28,363 bases of DNA from a virus (lineage: Duplodnaviria; Caudoviricetes), in the IMG/VR virus record IMGVR_UViG_3300037524_000296, positions 1 to 28,363 of that record; one strand, 5' to 3'. Under the pieces are notes generated by a model that was not told where the DNA came from, did no database searches, and saw nothing but the letters and a program-made list of their open reading frames with translations. How positions within the stretch are numbered: the stretch's first letter is position 1; every line of letters starts with the position of its first letter. Below are positions 1 to 9,345 of this stretch, piece by piece. Position numbers and translations under genes: made by a program.

Positions 1-240
1 ATCAGCAAGTTTACAAGCCTCAAGCCTGTTTCCACCATCATAAACATGATACTTGTTACCAAGTCTTACCACATTTAGTGGGCGTAATAGTCCATGCACT
101 TTAATGTCTTCTGCTAACGCTTTGACATGTGCAACATCCAGTTCACGATTGATTACTGTGTTTACGAATAAACTGTAATCCTTTGTTTCAAAGTAAGACA
201 GTACTTTGACACTGTTCTGATTTAAACCATAGTTCAACAT
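1..240 (-). CDS. ParB/Srx N-terminal-domain protein (partial, runs off the left edge; not in ORF track)
   Basis: Manual translation from ATG at 240: MLNYGLNQNSVKVLSYFETKDYSLFVNTVINRELDVAHVKALAEDIKVHGLLRPLNVVRLGNKYHVYDGGNRLEACKLAD. NR..D..HV..L...I...GL..P and DGxxRL.A are typical ParB-N motifs. Confidence 0.75.
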   Translation of the reverse strand, partial: MLNYGLNQNSVKVLSYFETKDYSLFVNTVINRELDVAHVKALAEDIKVHGLLRPLNVVRLGNKYHVYDGGNRLEACKLAD

Positions 241-340
241 GATAATGCGAATTATGTGAGTACCATTTCGCTTCGTGCATGGCTGTGTACATTCACCATT
301 TTTATCTTATACGAAAGTTCTTTTAGAAATGTTACAACAA

Positions 341-706
341 TTAACAAATATCTTCAAGTTTAACTGTCTGAAACTTCTTAACCTTCTTCTCTAAACCCAA
401 CTGGAAGTCACCTGTATCAAGTTTACGCTTAATGTAATTGATACCTCTATCTGACCATAATGGCATACCATAACGCTTATGTCGTCTTTGTACCATATGG
501 AAACGCATTAAACCAAGTGTTATCATTGTCTGCTTTGGCTGCAATGAATCTTTCATAAGCATACCATTGAATCTGGCAAACTCAGTGAACTTGTTTCTGC
601 CAAGCACTTTGCCATCCATACGAATCATTAACGCTTTCGCACAATCTGCTGCGTCATACCAGTATTCGTGTTTACCTTCTGGTGTTTCAAATTCTATCAT
701 TTTCAA
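341..706 (-). CDS. Phage antirepressor KilAC (ANT)-domain protein
   Basis: AKAL....GRNKF.EF.R..G.LM....P.Q..I..G.....P.W...G..YI pattern characteristic of KilAC domains. Confidence 0.65.
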   Translation of the reverse strand: MKMIEFETPEGKHEYWYDAADCAKALMIRMDGKVLGRNKFTEFARFNGMLMKDSLQPKQTMITLGLMRFHMVQRRHKRYGMPLWSDRGINYIKRKLDTGDFQLGLEKKVKKFQTVKLEDIC

Positions 707-1238
707 TAAGTATTAATTGTGAAAGTATTCCAAGTCTTAGTACATCATCAAGTGGTATTAAAGTCAACACATCATCTTTATTTTGGTGTGTTCTTTTATA
801 CTTTTTATATGTTGCATATTTAAGTGCTTCAACAAATATATCATCAACAGTATTGTCAATAAAATCAGCAATTTGCTTTCTTGGTATTATCCAGAATAAA
901 TCGTCATGTTCTTTTTGTTGTACTGCAAAGAAATCCTGCCTACCATATAAACTACCAAGATTACCATTGTTGTTCTGTAACTCAAAAGTAAAACAATCTT
1001 CATTACCATTGAATGCCATGTTGTTCTTTATGTCATAATATTCCACTTTATTATTTGGATAAACTATGGTTAAATCTATATGGTGAACACAATCAAGTTT
1101 GCTACCTCTTACTGACATTTTATACCTACAACCAGTATGGTTGGATTTATGCACTTTTATAAAAGCAAGTACTGCTTTCTTGCCAATCCACTCATTTGCT
1201 GGTGTGAAGTTATCTATCATTTCTCCCATATCATACAT
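687..1238 (-). CDS. Putative PD-(D/E)XK-family nuclease
   Basis: HHID-x(12)-DIK catalytic-like motif followed by FELQN..G..GSLYG, an arrangement common in small phage endonucleases. Confidence 0.5.
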   Translation of the reverse strand: MYDMGEMIDNFTPANEWIGKKAVLAFIKVHKSNHTGCRYKMSVRGSKLDCVHHIDLTIVYPNNKVEYYDIKNNMAFNGNEDCFTFELQNNNGNLGSLYGRQDFFAVQQKEHDDLFWIIPRKQIADFIDNTVDDIFVEALKYATYKKYKRTHQNKDDVLTLIPLDDVLRLGILSQLILIENDRI

Positions 1239-1434
1239 TCATTAAACACCAATTATCCCATTGAATTTTAAATTCCATACCCCAACCATATAGTTTATGG
1301 AACTCACTTTGTTTTTGCTGTACATACTCGTACCATTGGTTATCAGATAGCCACTCAAAATATTGATAATCGCTATCGTCATGCTTTGCTTCTTTCTCAG
1401 CAATCTCAATTGCCAATTCACGCATTCTGCCCAT
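1231..1434 (-). CDS. Small hypothetical protein
   Basis: 67-aa ORF with short overlaps to both neighbours in the same operon; no recognisable family. Confidence 0.55.
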   Translation of the reverse strand: MGRMRELAIEIAEKEAKHDDSDYQYFEWLSDNQWYEYVQQKQSEFHKLYGWGMEFKIQWDNWCLMNV

Positions 1435-1669
1435 TGCTTATTCTTTCTTGTTTGCTATCGTCACTGTCAAGCATTTCTTGAAGTGTGTTATTTATTTGAA
1501 ATGTTCTGTCCAGATACTTGAAGTCAACCAATGTGAATTCATTTAACAGACACTTTTCCAACACTACACTTGCAGATAGTCCTCGTGCAACTGCTACTTC
1601 TTGTACCATAGCCAAAATATCTGGCTGTATGCGTACACAAAATGTTTCTTTTCTAACTCGTTTTTTCAT
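1418..1669 (-). CDS. Ribbon-helix-helix (CopG/Arc-like) DNA-binding protein
   Basis: N-terminal basic strand KETFCVRI, then helix (PDILAMVQEVAVARG), then LSASVVLE: the RHH signature. First gene after the AT-rich divergent intergenic region. Confidence 0.6.
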   Translation of the reverse strand: MKKRVRKETFCVRIQPDILAMVQEVAVARGLSASVVLEKCLLNEFTLVDFKYLDRTFQINNTLQEMLDSDDSKQERISNGQNA

Positions 1670-1693
1670 ATTAATTAAATTTTAATGGTACAA

Positions 1694-1715
1694 ATGTCGT
1701 AAATAAATACGACAT
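1694..1715. promoter_or_regulatory. Palindromic operator-like site ATGTCGTA-N6-TACGACAT
   Basis: Perfect 8-bp inverted repeat with a 6-nt spacer, ~25 nt upstream of the RHH gene in the divergent promoter region. Confidence 0.5.
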
Positions 1716-1804
1716 GTGCAAGAAAAAGTAAATAAAAATGAAAATATTTTGCTATTAATTAAAAATTTAGTACATTGCGCCAGTATTTATATTTAAAATG
1801 GCAC

Positions 1805-2260
1805 ATGAGAATAAGTAAAATACCAAGAAATGGTGAAGTTCGCAATGAGATTCCAGCAGCATTGACAGACGATATGACCATAAGTGCAGAAGCAGTAAGA
1901 CTTTGGATTAAGTTATACAACTCCAATAGAAGTAAAAATAAGAGTTATGTGAAATTTCAACCAACTACCCAAGCATTAGCAACATTATTTGGTGTTAAGA
2001 AAATCACAATAAAACGCTGGATGAAAGAATTGAAAGATAATGGTTGGATTGATACTATTGGTGACAATAATGATACCACTATTATTGTCTATTATACACC
2101 AAGGCTGGTATCAAAAAAGATACCACCACTGGTATCAAAAAAGATACCTATTACTATTAAGGACGCTTTCGCCACGCAAGTGGGCGAGAAAGCGTCCACA
2201 ACTATTACAAAGAATTTTGAAGAAAATGAGTTGGATTATGGAATTAATTTTCCAGATTAG
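1805..2260 (+). CDS. Winged-HTH protein, replication-initiator-like (likely start ATG 1805, not TTG 1775)
   Basis: IS.EA..L...L motif plus HTH PTTQALATLFGVKKITIKRWMKELKDNGWI. Internal repeats follow the HTH, as in phage initiators. It is the only plus-strand gene. Confidence 0.65.
   Translation: MRISKIPRNGEVRNEIPAALTDDMTISAEAVRLWIKLYNSNRSKNKSYVKFQPTTQALATLFGVKKITIKRWMKELKDNGWIDTIGDNNDTTIIVYYTPRLVSKKIPPLVSKKIPITIKDAFATQVGEKASTTITKNFEENELDYGINFPD
2105..2148. repeat. Two identical 20-bp direct repeats CTGGTATCAAAAAAGATACC (24-bp period), iteron-like
   Basis: Copies at 2105-2124 and 2129-2148; each contains the palindrome GGTATC-A6-GATACC. Confidence 0.85.
2161..2197. other. GC-rich hairpin with GCAA tetraloop
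   Basis: GGACGCTTTC pairs perfectly with GAAAGCGTCC; the inner stem closes on AC-GCAA-GT. Confidence 0.7.
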
Positions 2261-2293
2261 TTAAGATAAATTTTAAATTTACTATACACCAAT

Positions 2294-2809
2294 TTAAAAC
2301 CAGATTCCAGTTGAATTGTCTTTAGAAGCACAGTCACCACTATCACAATCTCCAAAATCTGAATTACAACTTCTGTATAATGGAAATAATGCTTTATTAG
2401 CTTCCAAATAATCTATTAGCTTATTACGATAGTAAATAGCTTTATCCCAAATTTCTTGTTTAAATATCTTATAATCTTCCAATGGTGTTACTTGACTATT
2501 ATCAGAAAATTGTTGTACCAAACCTTTGTTCATACTTTTTGTTCTGATAAATCCAATACATTCGTAATAAGTGTACCACGCTGAAGCATTAAGTATATAT
2601 GTAAGTAATGTAGCATTATTACCAGTTAAAGTACCAGTAGCTTCCAATTCAGATTTTAAAGCTGTGTCAAGTGCAGTACCCAATATATCGTCAATGTGCA
2701 AATCTTCTGCCACTGGTATCCAATTTTCCAATTGTGATACATCCACATTAGCTGAAATTGGAGTATATGACTTTAGTGTATCAATTGTCAAGTAAGTTGT
2801 CTGTAACAT
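2294..2809 (-). CDS. Putative head-tail adaptor / head completion protein
   Basis: Directly downstream of the portal. LK..TPI..NVD...L...I..A.D..I..ILG..L pattern recalled from portal-adjacent proteins of Bacteroidota phages. Confidence 0.6.
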   Translation of the reverse strand: MLQTTYLTIDTLKSYTPISANVDVSQLENWIPVAEDLHIDDILGTALDTALKSELEATGTLTGNNATLLTYILNASAWYTYYECIGFIRTKSMNKGLVQQFSDNSQVTPLEDYKIFKQEIWDKAIYYRNKLIDYLEANKALFPLYRSCNSDFGDCDSGDCASKDNSTGIWF

Positions 2810-2812
2810 GGT

Positions 2813-4117
2813 TTATTGCATTAAATTTTTCGTATTATTTGCTTGTGGTACTGCTGCTGGTTGTGCTTGTGGCATTTCAAGTTCCAATGGTGGAGTTACA
2901 ACAGTTAAATCTGATAAGCCATTAAGTCGCATAACCTTGTTCAATGTCTGTAACATTTCTTTCTGAAATACCTTGATATGTGTTGTGTAGTAATAGTTAT
3001 ATGCAACAGCCAACTTATTTAAATCTGACTGAAGTGAATTACCTTGTGAATACTGTGTACCAGCCAACTCTGCATTAGCACCAAGTCCACTACTGATTTT
3101 AGAAGTTAGTATTTTATCTAACAATTCCACCATTGGCGTATTATCAACTGTGTTAAATGGAAGTATCTGGGGTTTCTCTTCTGGTGAATTTGTCCAGATA
3201 AATAATGTTCTTTCACCATTAGCACCAACATATCGTGATTTAAATTTAGATACAAATTCGTCTTTCTCTTTCTTACTTGGATTACCAGCCAATACCACAA
3301 TAGAAGTTGGTGTAAATCCTTTTGTAACTGAGTTTAAATTATATGTAGCCATTTGTGCGTCAAGTTCCACATATGGAAGTATTGAATTATAACTTGGTAT
3401 TGAGTAATATTCATTACCAGCACTGTATCTTTTACATGCCAATAACTGTCTTCCACCACTTTCTGCCCAGCGATTTGGATTCCAAGTATCAATTGGAATA
3501 CCAGAAGTTGCAGTTTTAACATATTTACCTTGTTTATTTGTAGTACCCCAATTTCGTGATAACTGGTATTGTAATGGATATGGCAAACTTGGATTTGGAT
3601 TAGCCACTGCACGCACTGTGGTAAAATCATGAAATATAAGTTCAGCAACCATGCCTTTTCCTTTTGGTGAGAACAAACATTCCAAGAAGTATGTTTCAGC
3701 CAATGAATAATCGAAACTCATTTTCTGCCAAATATCCTGTAATGTTTCACCAAACTGGTTTTCTGAATTTATGAAGTCAACAGTTGGCTGATATAATGTA
3801 TCACCAGACTTAACAACTGGCTGTAAACCATTACCAATAAGCATATTTCTACGCAAGTCAATTAAGTTTGAGAATGTTGGAGAAGCATTATGGTATAAAT
3901 CTACCAACTGAATTGGATATGCATTATCATCAGCCTGTTCATTTGAATTAAAAAACACCAAGTTATTGGTTTGTATTGTGGTAAAATTTGGCTGAAGTAG
4001 ATTATACAACTTCTGCAAAGTTGGCATAAGATAATTAAAGTCTTTTTCAACTGGTTTTTGTCCAGTTAAGTTCTCAATTGTTTTGGCAAGATTGCCATTG
4101 TCTTTAAATTTTGTCAT
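2813..4117 (-). CDS. Portal protein
   Basis: 434 aa with YP..L.DLY..SP....I......IGNGL, YY..P.Y, N....GF.P, F...Y.G..G....F motifs typical of this portal family. Confidence 0.8.
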   Translation of the reverse strand: MTKFKDNGNLAKTIENLTGQKPVEKDFNYLMPTLQKLYNLLQPNFTTIQTNNLVFFNSNEQADDNAYPIQLVDLYHNASPTFSNLIDLRRNMLIGNGLQPVVKSGDTLYQPTVDFINSENQFGETLQDIWQKMSFDYSLAETYFLECLFSPKGKGMVAELIFHDFTTVRAVANPNPSLPYPLQYQLSRNWGTTNKQGKYVKTATSGIPIDTWNPNRWAESGGRQLLACKRYSAGNEYYSIPSYNSILPYVELDAQMATYNLNSVTKGFTPTSIVVLAGNPSKKEKDEFVSKFKSRYVGANGERTLFIWTNSPEEKPQILPFNTVDNTPMVELLDKILTSKISSGLGANAELAGTQYSQGNSLQSDLNKLAVAYNYYYTTHIKVFQKEMLQTLNKVMRLNGLSDLTVVTPPLELEMPQAQPAAVPQANNTKNLMQ

Positions 4118-4122
4118 GATTT

Positions 4123-4395
4123 TTAACCTTTATCGCTATTATTATTAACATCATTCTGTTGTTCGCTATCAGTTGTCTTTGCAAATAGACTTGAAACTGT
4201 AGTTAAACTAAAGAATCCTACTGTCAATAATGCTATTATTTTACAATACTCAATGTCGTATTTAAAAAATACCAGAAATAACAGCGAAATAAGCGTTATA
4301 AAGCCACCAACTCTGCGACTTGACACTCCACTATTGCTTATGAATATGCGTCTCAGAAATCGCCTAAAACCTATATTGTCGTTTATTTCTTTCAT
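4123..4395 (-). CDS. Small two-TM membrane protein, holin-like
   Basis: SSRRV followed by two hydrophobic segments and a polar C-terminal tail. Confidence 0.5.
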   Translation of the reverse strand: MKEINDNIGFRRFLRRIFISNSGVSSRRVGGFITLISLLFLVFFKYDIEYCKIIALLTVGFFSLTTVSSLFAKTTDSEQQNDVNNNSDKG

Positions 4396-4406
4396 GAGTA
4401 TATTAT

Positions 4407-4841
4407 TTATCCTAAAATTAATTTTAAAATGCCTACTATCAATGCACCTAAAGCAACACCACCAGTAAACATAACTCCCATAAATTTCTTCACTGAAGCA
4501 TTTGATAATGATTCGTCTTCCAACTTTCTAATCTTATCCACATTTGGGCAATTTTGGACATGTCCTGCTTCTTTACCTTCCACTATGGTAAGTCTATCAT
4601 CCAAGTCGTCAATTTCAGAAAAGTAATCTTCCTGCTTCTGTCTGTTCGCTGCACGCTCTTGTAATGCTAAAGCAATGGCTTCTTCTGCCTTGCCAATTCT
4701 ACCATTTTGCTTGGTTAAATGTGCGTCAATAGCACCAAGCCTGTTGTTTGTTATTTCATTCTGTGCTTCAACTCGTGCAACATATCCAATCATTGCTGTG
4801 TGAATGAAGTCCTTTATTTCGATTTTGTCTTCTGCTGTCAT
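4407..4841 (-). CDS. Coiled-coil protein with C-terminal TM anchor (lysis-cassette-like)
   Basis: HL.KQNGRI.K.E motif, coiled coil and hydrophobic C-terminus FMGVMFTGGVALGALIVGILKLILG. Confidence 0.5.
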   Translation of the reverse strand: MTAEDKIEIKDFIHTAMIGYVARVEAQNEITNNRLGAIDAHLTKQNGRIGKAEEAIALALQERAANRQKQEDYFSEIDDLDDRLTIVEGKEAGHVQNCPNVDKIRKLEDESLSNASVKKFMGVMFTGGVALGALIVGILKLILG

Positions 4842-4875
4842 AAGTCATAAATGTTTGTGGCTTATTTGTTATGTT

Positions 4876-6261
4876 TTAATAATATATTCCATTTCCTGCG
4901 TTATAAAGTGCTAATGCATGGTCAATTGTTAAACATTTTGTAAAAATTCCTATTTCGTCAACTATTGAAGCATTATCATAACTCGTGGTATAGCGTCTGT
5001 TTGTCTGTAATGCAGCACCTAAGTTACCAGTATTTGTTAATGTATTTGTAAGAGTTAATGCTTGTGGTACACCATTAACATATATAGTTAAACCATAAGC
5101 ATTACTACCACCATTATAAGTTGCAAGTATATGATACCAATTAGTTGTGCTTATTGGTGTTGTACTTGTCACACCTAAACACCTACCACTACTATTGTTA
5201 TATAATAATCCAAAATAAACATTATTAACATTAACATATAAATCAATACTACAACTTGTGGTGGAATCTAAATTACTAAGTATTGGTATAACTGGTGTGG
5301 GATTAGTACTTGCCTTAACCCATGCTGAAATACTATATGGTTGTGCTGCAGTCCAAGTAAATGGTGTACCATAACCACAATAGCGACTTGAACTAAATGT
5401 CATACCACTATAACTTTTACCACCTGTTGTCCTTGCAGCAGCATTGCTCAAAGTACCATTATCACTTCCCTTTCTATCATAAACAGTTGTACCACTAATC
5501 TCGTTAAAATTCCAATAATTACGCAAATCTTTCCATGATAATGCTTGTGTACCATAAAACTTACCATTGTCATTGCTATAAAGTGCCACTGCTTCTGCTG
5601 AATTTAATTCTCTATTCCAAACACCAACTTCGTCAATATACCCAATAAATGCATAGTTGTTATAACACCTACCACCAATTGTAAAAGAAGTACCAATAGT
5701 ACTTTTTGCACTTGAAGATAAATTATTTACATTAGTATCTAAAGTATCACTAACACCATTTAAATAAATTTTAACACCACTTGGTGCACTACTACCATTA
5801 TAAGTTACAACAACATGTGTCCATATATTATAAGTAACTGTGCTTTGTGTTGTTACAGTAAGACTATTAGTACTGGCAGCGTTTTGTAATTGAAAAACTA
5901 TTTTATTATTAGCGTCAAGTTGAATTGTCCAACCTTTATATGGACTTGCACATACTTGTTTATATAATATATGCTGAAGAGTTAAATTTGAAGTGCTTTT
6001 AATCCAGAAACTAAAACTAAAACTATCAGTGCGCTCAAAATTATGTATATTTCCAAACTCAATCCCATAGCCAGTACCACTTGTAGATTTCCAACAATAA
6101 CCATTTCTACCACCAGAATCAAAAGCACCATTGCGCACAGTACCTGCGCCACCACCAACACTATCGTTAGCAAAACTACCACTGGTTTCGTCTAATTTAC
6201 AGTAAGTTTGGCAACTGTCCCACAGTCTTACCTGCTCTTCTATGCCTATATTTTTAATCAT
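4876..6261 (-). CDS. Tandem LamG (concanavalin A-like) domain virion protein; likely start 6261
   Basis: Two LamG repeats, each with FS/YS..W.K, W.H...TY.G, .Y.NG, (I/V)DE.G......L......LY..G.G. ATG at 6261 lies just past the upstream TAA. Confidence 0.85.
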   Translation of the reverse strand: MIKNIGIEEQVRLWDSCQTYCKLDETSGSFANDSVGGGAGTVRNGAFDSGGRNGYCWKSTSGTGYGIEFGNIHNFERTDSFSFSFWIKSTSNLTLQHILYKQVCASPYKGWTIQLDANNKIVFQLQNAASTNSLTVTTQSTVTYNIWTHVVVTYNGSSAPSGVKIYLNGVSDTLDTNVNNLSSSAKSTIGTSFTIGGRCYNNYAFIGYIDEVGVWNRELNSAEAVALYSNDNGKFYGTQALSWKDLRNYWNFNEISGTTVYDRKGSDNGTLSNAAARTTGGKSYSGMTFSSSRYCGYGTPFTWTAAQPYSISAWVKASTNPTPVIPILSNLDSTTSCSIDLYVNVNNVYFGLLYNNSSGRCLGVTSTTPISTTNWYHILATYNGGSNAYGLTIYVNGVPQALTLTNTLTNTGNLGAALQTNRRYTTSYDNASIVDEIGIFTKCLTIDHALALYNAGNGIYY

Positions 6262-6263
6262 AA

Positions 6264-9200
6264 TTATGCTGTTAAATCTCCAAACGCCACCCAAGTAGCA
6301 GCAGTTGGCGTTTTATATACTGTCGCTGCCCCAAAGATTGTCGCTAATTTTAATGCTGAATTTGCACTTTTAACTGTTGCACCAGATTGTGCAGCCAAAG
6401 TCTTTGTACCACTGGTCGTACCATTTCCATACGAAACCAATGTACATTGGAATCCTTCAGAGAAAGTACTTCCACTTGGTATTGTAATCGTTGTTGCACC
6501 TGTTGCAGTAAACTGTATTATTTTACCAGTATCACCTGATAATATAGTGTAACTTGTACCAGTAACCTGTTTAATACTTGCCAATAATGGTGCATAAGTT
6601 GCTGGTGCAGTTGTACCAGTATATGTCTGTATTTGTGTCTTGGTTGGATATAAAGTACTATGACTGTGTTGTGCTTCAAAAGCACCTAAAGTCGTACCTG
6701 ATAACCATGCTGGTTTACCTGTTATATCACTCCATGCACTACCACCAGTACCACCAGTTGGTGCATAAACTACCCATGTGCTTCCACTTATATTATTAAC
6801 TTCACACGCACCACTGCCAACAAGTACTGTTGTATCGCCTGTTAAGTATTGTGGGTGTGTATGTGCATTCTGAAAATCTGATAATGTTGTACCAGTTAAC
6901 CACGCTGGTCGTGATTGTATTTTATCCCATGCTGGTTTATTCTTTCTGATACAATACCATTGTCCTGCTGATTGATAATATAGTTCAATAAAATCACCTG
7001 CTTGAATTGCTGGACAGTTACCCCAGATTGTGCTACCAGCACCAGCAGCAAAAGATACACTACCAGTACCACCTTGTTTAAAGAACAAATAGTGTGTACC
7101 AATAGTTAAACCACTACTTGGAAGCGTGACAGTATATGTATTATTATCACTCCAAATTAATACTTTATCATTATCAGCAGCCAATGCAGTATAATTTGCA
7201 TTAATTGTGGTACGAGGTTGAAATAAATTCTTATATGTTGCTGGTGCTGTTGTACCAGTATATGTTTGTATGCTCGACTTACTTGCGAATGCTGCTGGTG
7301 CAGTTGTACCTGTATATGTGTTTATATTGCTTTGTAAAGCATACTGGCTATGTGTATGACCACTTGCTGAGAATGTTGCCTTTGGTATTGCAACTGCTTC
7401 ACCACTACCATTAAATGCAGCAAGATAATCTGCTGCACTTACATGTCCACTGTCGTCCCAAAGTAAGTTACTTAAATTAGCATGATTTGTTGCTGAAACA
7501 CCACCAATGTTAATTGCACTACCTTGGTTAGATACTACATAAGTAATACCATTAGTTGGAATAACGCATTTACCATAGTTGTTATAACTATTTGAAGTAG
7601 AGTATGTGATTCTACCATATATGACCAACTCTGGACTTGCAGCAGATAAATCGCCAAGCAATAATCCTCTTGTATCTTCTGCCTGTGCTGCTGCCAGTGT
7701 AGTATATGTCTGTTGTGGTAATAACATTACCATTCTAAACTTCTGACTTGGAATGTCTGAAGTTACTGGCACAAGTATTTGATAAACATTATAGAATCTA
7801 TTAGCAATACCAGCAGTTAAAGCACCACTTGTTGGATTGTTTACATAAATATAGTTATTTGCTGCAAGTGCCAAGAATGGTACAGTATTAGCCATAGTGT
7901 AAACACTTGTACCACCAGATACACGCATAACTGTATAACCTGCTGTTTTAAGCCATTGTGCTATGGTTGTTGGACAATCTTCGTCCTGTATAACACCTTG
8001 TGCAAAACTTGGTGATACTGCTGAATCACTCGCTGTATTTGCAGTATATGAAGTGCCTATTGCTTGCATACCACTTACACGATAAGCACCTAAATTGTAA
8101 TGTAATTCCTCATGTACTCTCCAGTCCATGCAACCATGTACTTCTCTACCAAAGAATGTCGTACCACTGCTTGTAGTATATTTACCATAAGCAACCTGCA
8201 TGTCATAGAAATTCCAGACACTATTACTCCAAGTAAAATTAGTTCCATCAGTTGTACTTAAATACCAACTATCAGCACTTGCAGCATGTGGTATTGAAGT
8301 CCAAGGTGAAGCCAATGTCTTCTTAACTCCACGCCAGTAATAATCCAATGTACCTGTAAGTGTTATTGTCCTTGCTGAATAACTATATGATACTGTTATA
8401 TCACTTGGTGAAATAAAACCACTTGGCTCTTTTAAATCTATATATTGTGTGTATGTATCACCACTAAAATCATTTAAACTTGCCTGTAAAGCAGCAGTAG
8501 TACCTGTTAATGTATAGCCACTAAGTGCTGCATTAACCTGTGCCATTGTAGTATGAATAGTGGTATCACCTGTATGTGAAGTGAAACTTGAAGTAAGTCC
8601 AGTTATATCATTGTATGTCTGTCCAGTATAACCATCAAAAGTATCATTATGTACATACAAACCATCTGTACAACCTGTAACCATGTCACAAGTCACTGTA
8701 AAGCCAGTTAAGTATTGTGGGTGTGTATGTCCACTGGCAAATTCTGCTGCTGTTCCACCTGTTATCCATGCTGGTTTATTTGTAACACCATTCCATGTTA
8801 CACCTGTTACAGCATCTGGTGGTACATAAATATTGATATTGTCACCAACCTGTGTAATGACTGTAATACCACTTTGGGTAAATGTGTGTCCAGTAAAGTG
8901 AATACTATCACTTCCTGTTTGTCCAGTATGTCCAGTGAATGCGTTTTCTAAATTAAAAACATCGATAACCAATCCAGAATAATCTGGTGAATAAACAGTC
9001 CAAGTAGTACCAGAAAGCAAACCTGCCCAAGTACCACCACTACCCACAAGTGCAGTAATTCCACCACCAGTTCCACCAGTTGGTGAATATACTACCCAAG
9101 TGTTTCCAGAAATGTTATTTACTGCTGTTCCACCACTTGGAATAAGTGTAACTGTTCCACCAGAAGAAGTTCCACCACTTGAATATATTACCCAAGTGTC

Positions 9201-9341
9201 ACCACTTATATTATTTACTTGTGTATTTCCACTGCCAATTAATGTGACAGTACAACCTGTGATAATCGTTGTTGGATTATCCTGTTTAACGATAATGCGT
9301 GGATTATCGTCAACATTCAAACGAAGTATTGATACTGCCAT
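6264..9341 (-). CDS. Tail fibre / receptor-binding-like protein with internal repeats
   Basis: 1025 aa, T/G/S-rich; repeated VNNISGxTWVVY, W..I..KPAW..G....F...HxH..Y and TYTGTTAPA units; C-terminus ends W...GDL. Confidence 0.75.
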   Translation of the reverse strand: MAVSILRLNVDDNPRIIVKQDNPTTIITGCTVTLIGSGNTQVNNISGDTWVIYSSGGTSSGGTVTLIPSGGTAVNNISGNTWVVYSPTGGTGGGITALVGSGGTWAGLLSGTTWTVYSPDYSGLVIDVFNLENAFTGHTGQTGSDSIHFTGHTFTQSGITVITQVGDNINIYVPPDAVTGVTWNGVTNKPAWITGGTAAEFASGHTHPQYLTGFTVTCDMVTGCTDGLYVHNDTFDGYTGQTYNDITGLTSSFTSHTGDTTIHTTMAQVNAALSGYTLTGTTAALQASLNDFSGDTYTQYIDLKEPSGFISPSDITVSYSYSARTITLTGTLDYYWRGVKKTLASPWTSIPHAASADSWYLSTTDGTNFTWSNSVWNFYDMQVAYGKYTTSSGTTFFGREVHGCMDWRVHEELHYNLGAYRVSGMQAIGTSYTANTASDSAVSPSFAQGVIQDEDCPTTIAQWLKTAGYTVMRVSGGTSVYTMANTVPFLALAANNYIYVNNPTSGALTAGIANRFYNVYQILVPVTSDIPSQKFRMVMLLPQQTYTTLAAAQAEDTRGLLLGDLSAASPELVIYGRITYSTSNSYNNYGKCVIPTNGITYVVSNQGSAINIGGVSATNHANLSNLLWDDSGHVSAADYLAAFNGSGEAVAIPKATFSASGHTHSQYALQSNINTYTGTTAPAAFASKSSIQTYTGTTAPATYKNLFQPRTTINANYTALAADNDKVLIWSDNNTYTVTLPSSGLTIGTHYLFFKQGGTGSVSFAAGAGSTIWGNCPAIQAGDFIELYYQSAGQWYCIRKNKPAWDKIQSRPAWLTGTTLSDFQNAHTHPQYLTGDTTVLVGSGACEVNNISGSTWVVYAPTGGTGGSAWSDITGKPAWLSGTTLGAFEAQHSHSTLYPTKTQIQTYTGTTAPATYAPLLASIKQVTGTSYTILSGDTGKIIQFTATGATTITIPSGSTFSEGFQCTLVSYGNGTTSGTKTLAAQSGATVKSANSALKLATIFGAATVYKTPTAATWVAFGDLTA

Positions 9342-9345
9342 TGTC

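Noticed and set aside
1775-1804. TTG start at 1775 (and the 6294 start of the LamG gene) given by the ORF track
   Set aside because: Downstream ATGs at 1805 and 6261 fit intergenic spacing better and avoid promoter or gene overlap.
2105-2148. CRISPR-like palindromic repeats
   Set aside because: Only two copies separated by 4 nt, in frame within a gene; no spacers or cas genes.
2268-2282. TAAATTT-T-AAATTTA palindrome between convergent genes
   Set aside because: AT-only and too weak to call a terminator.
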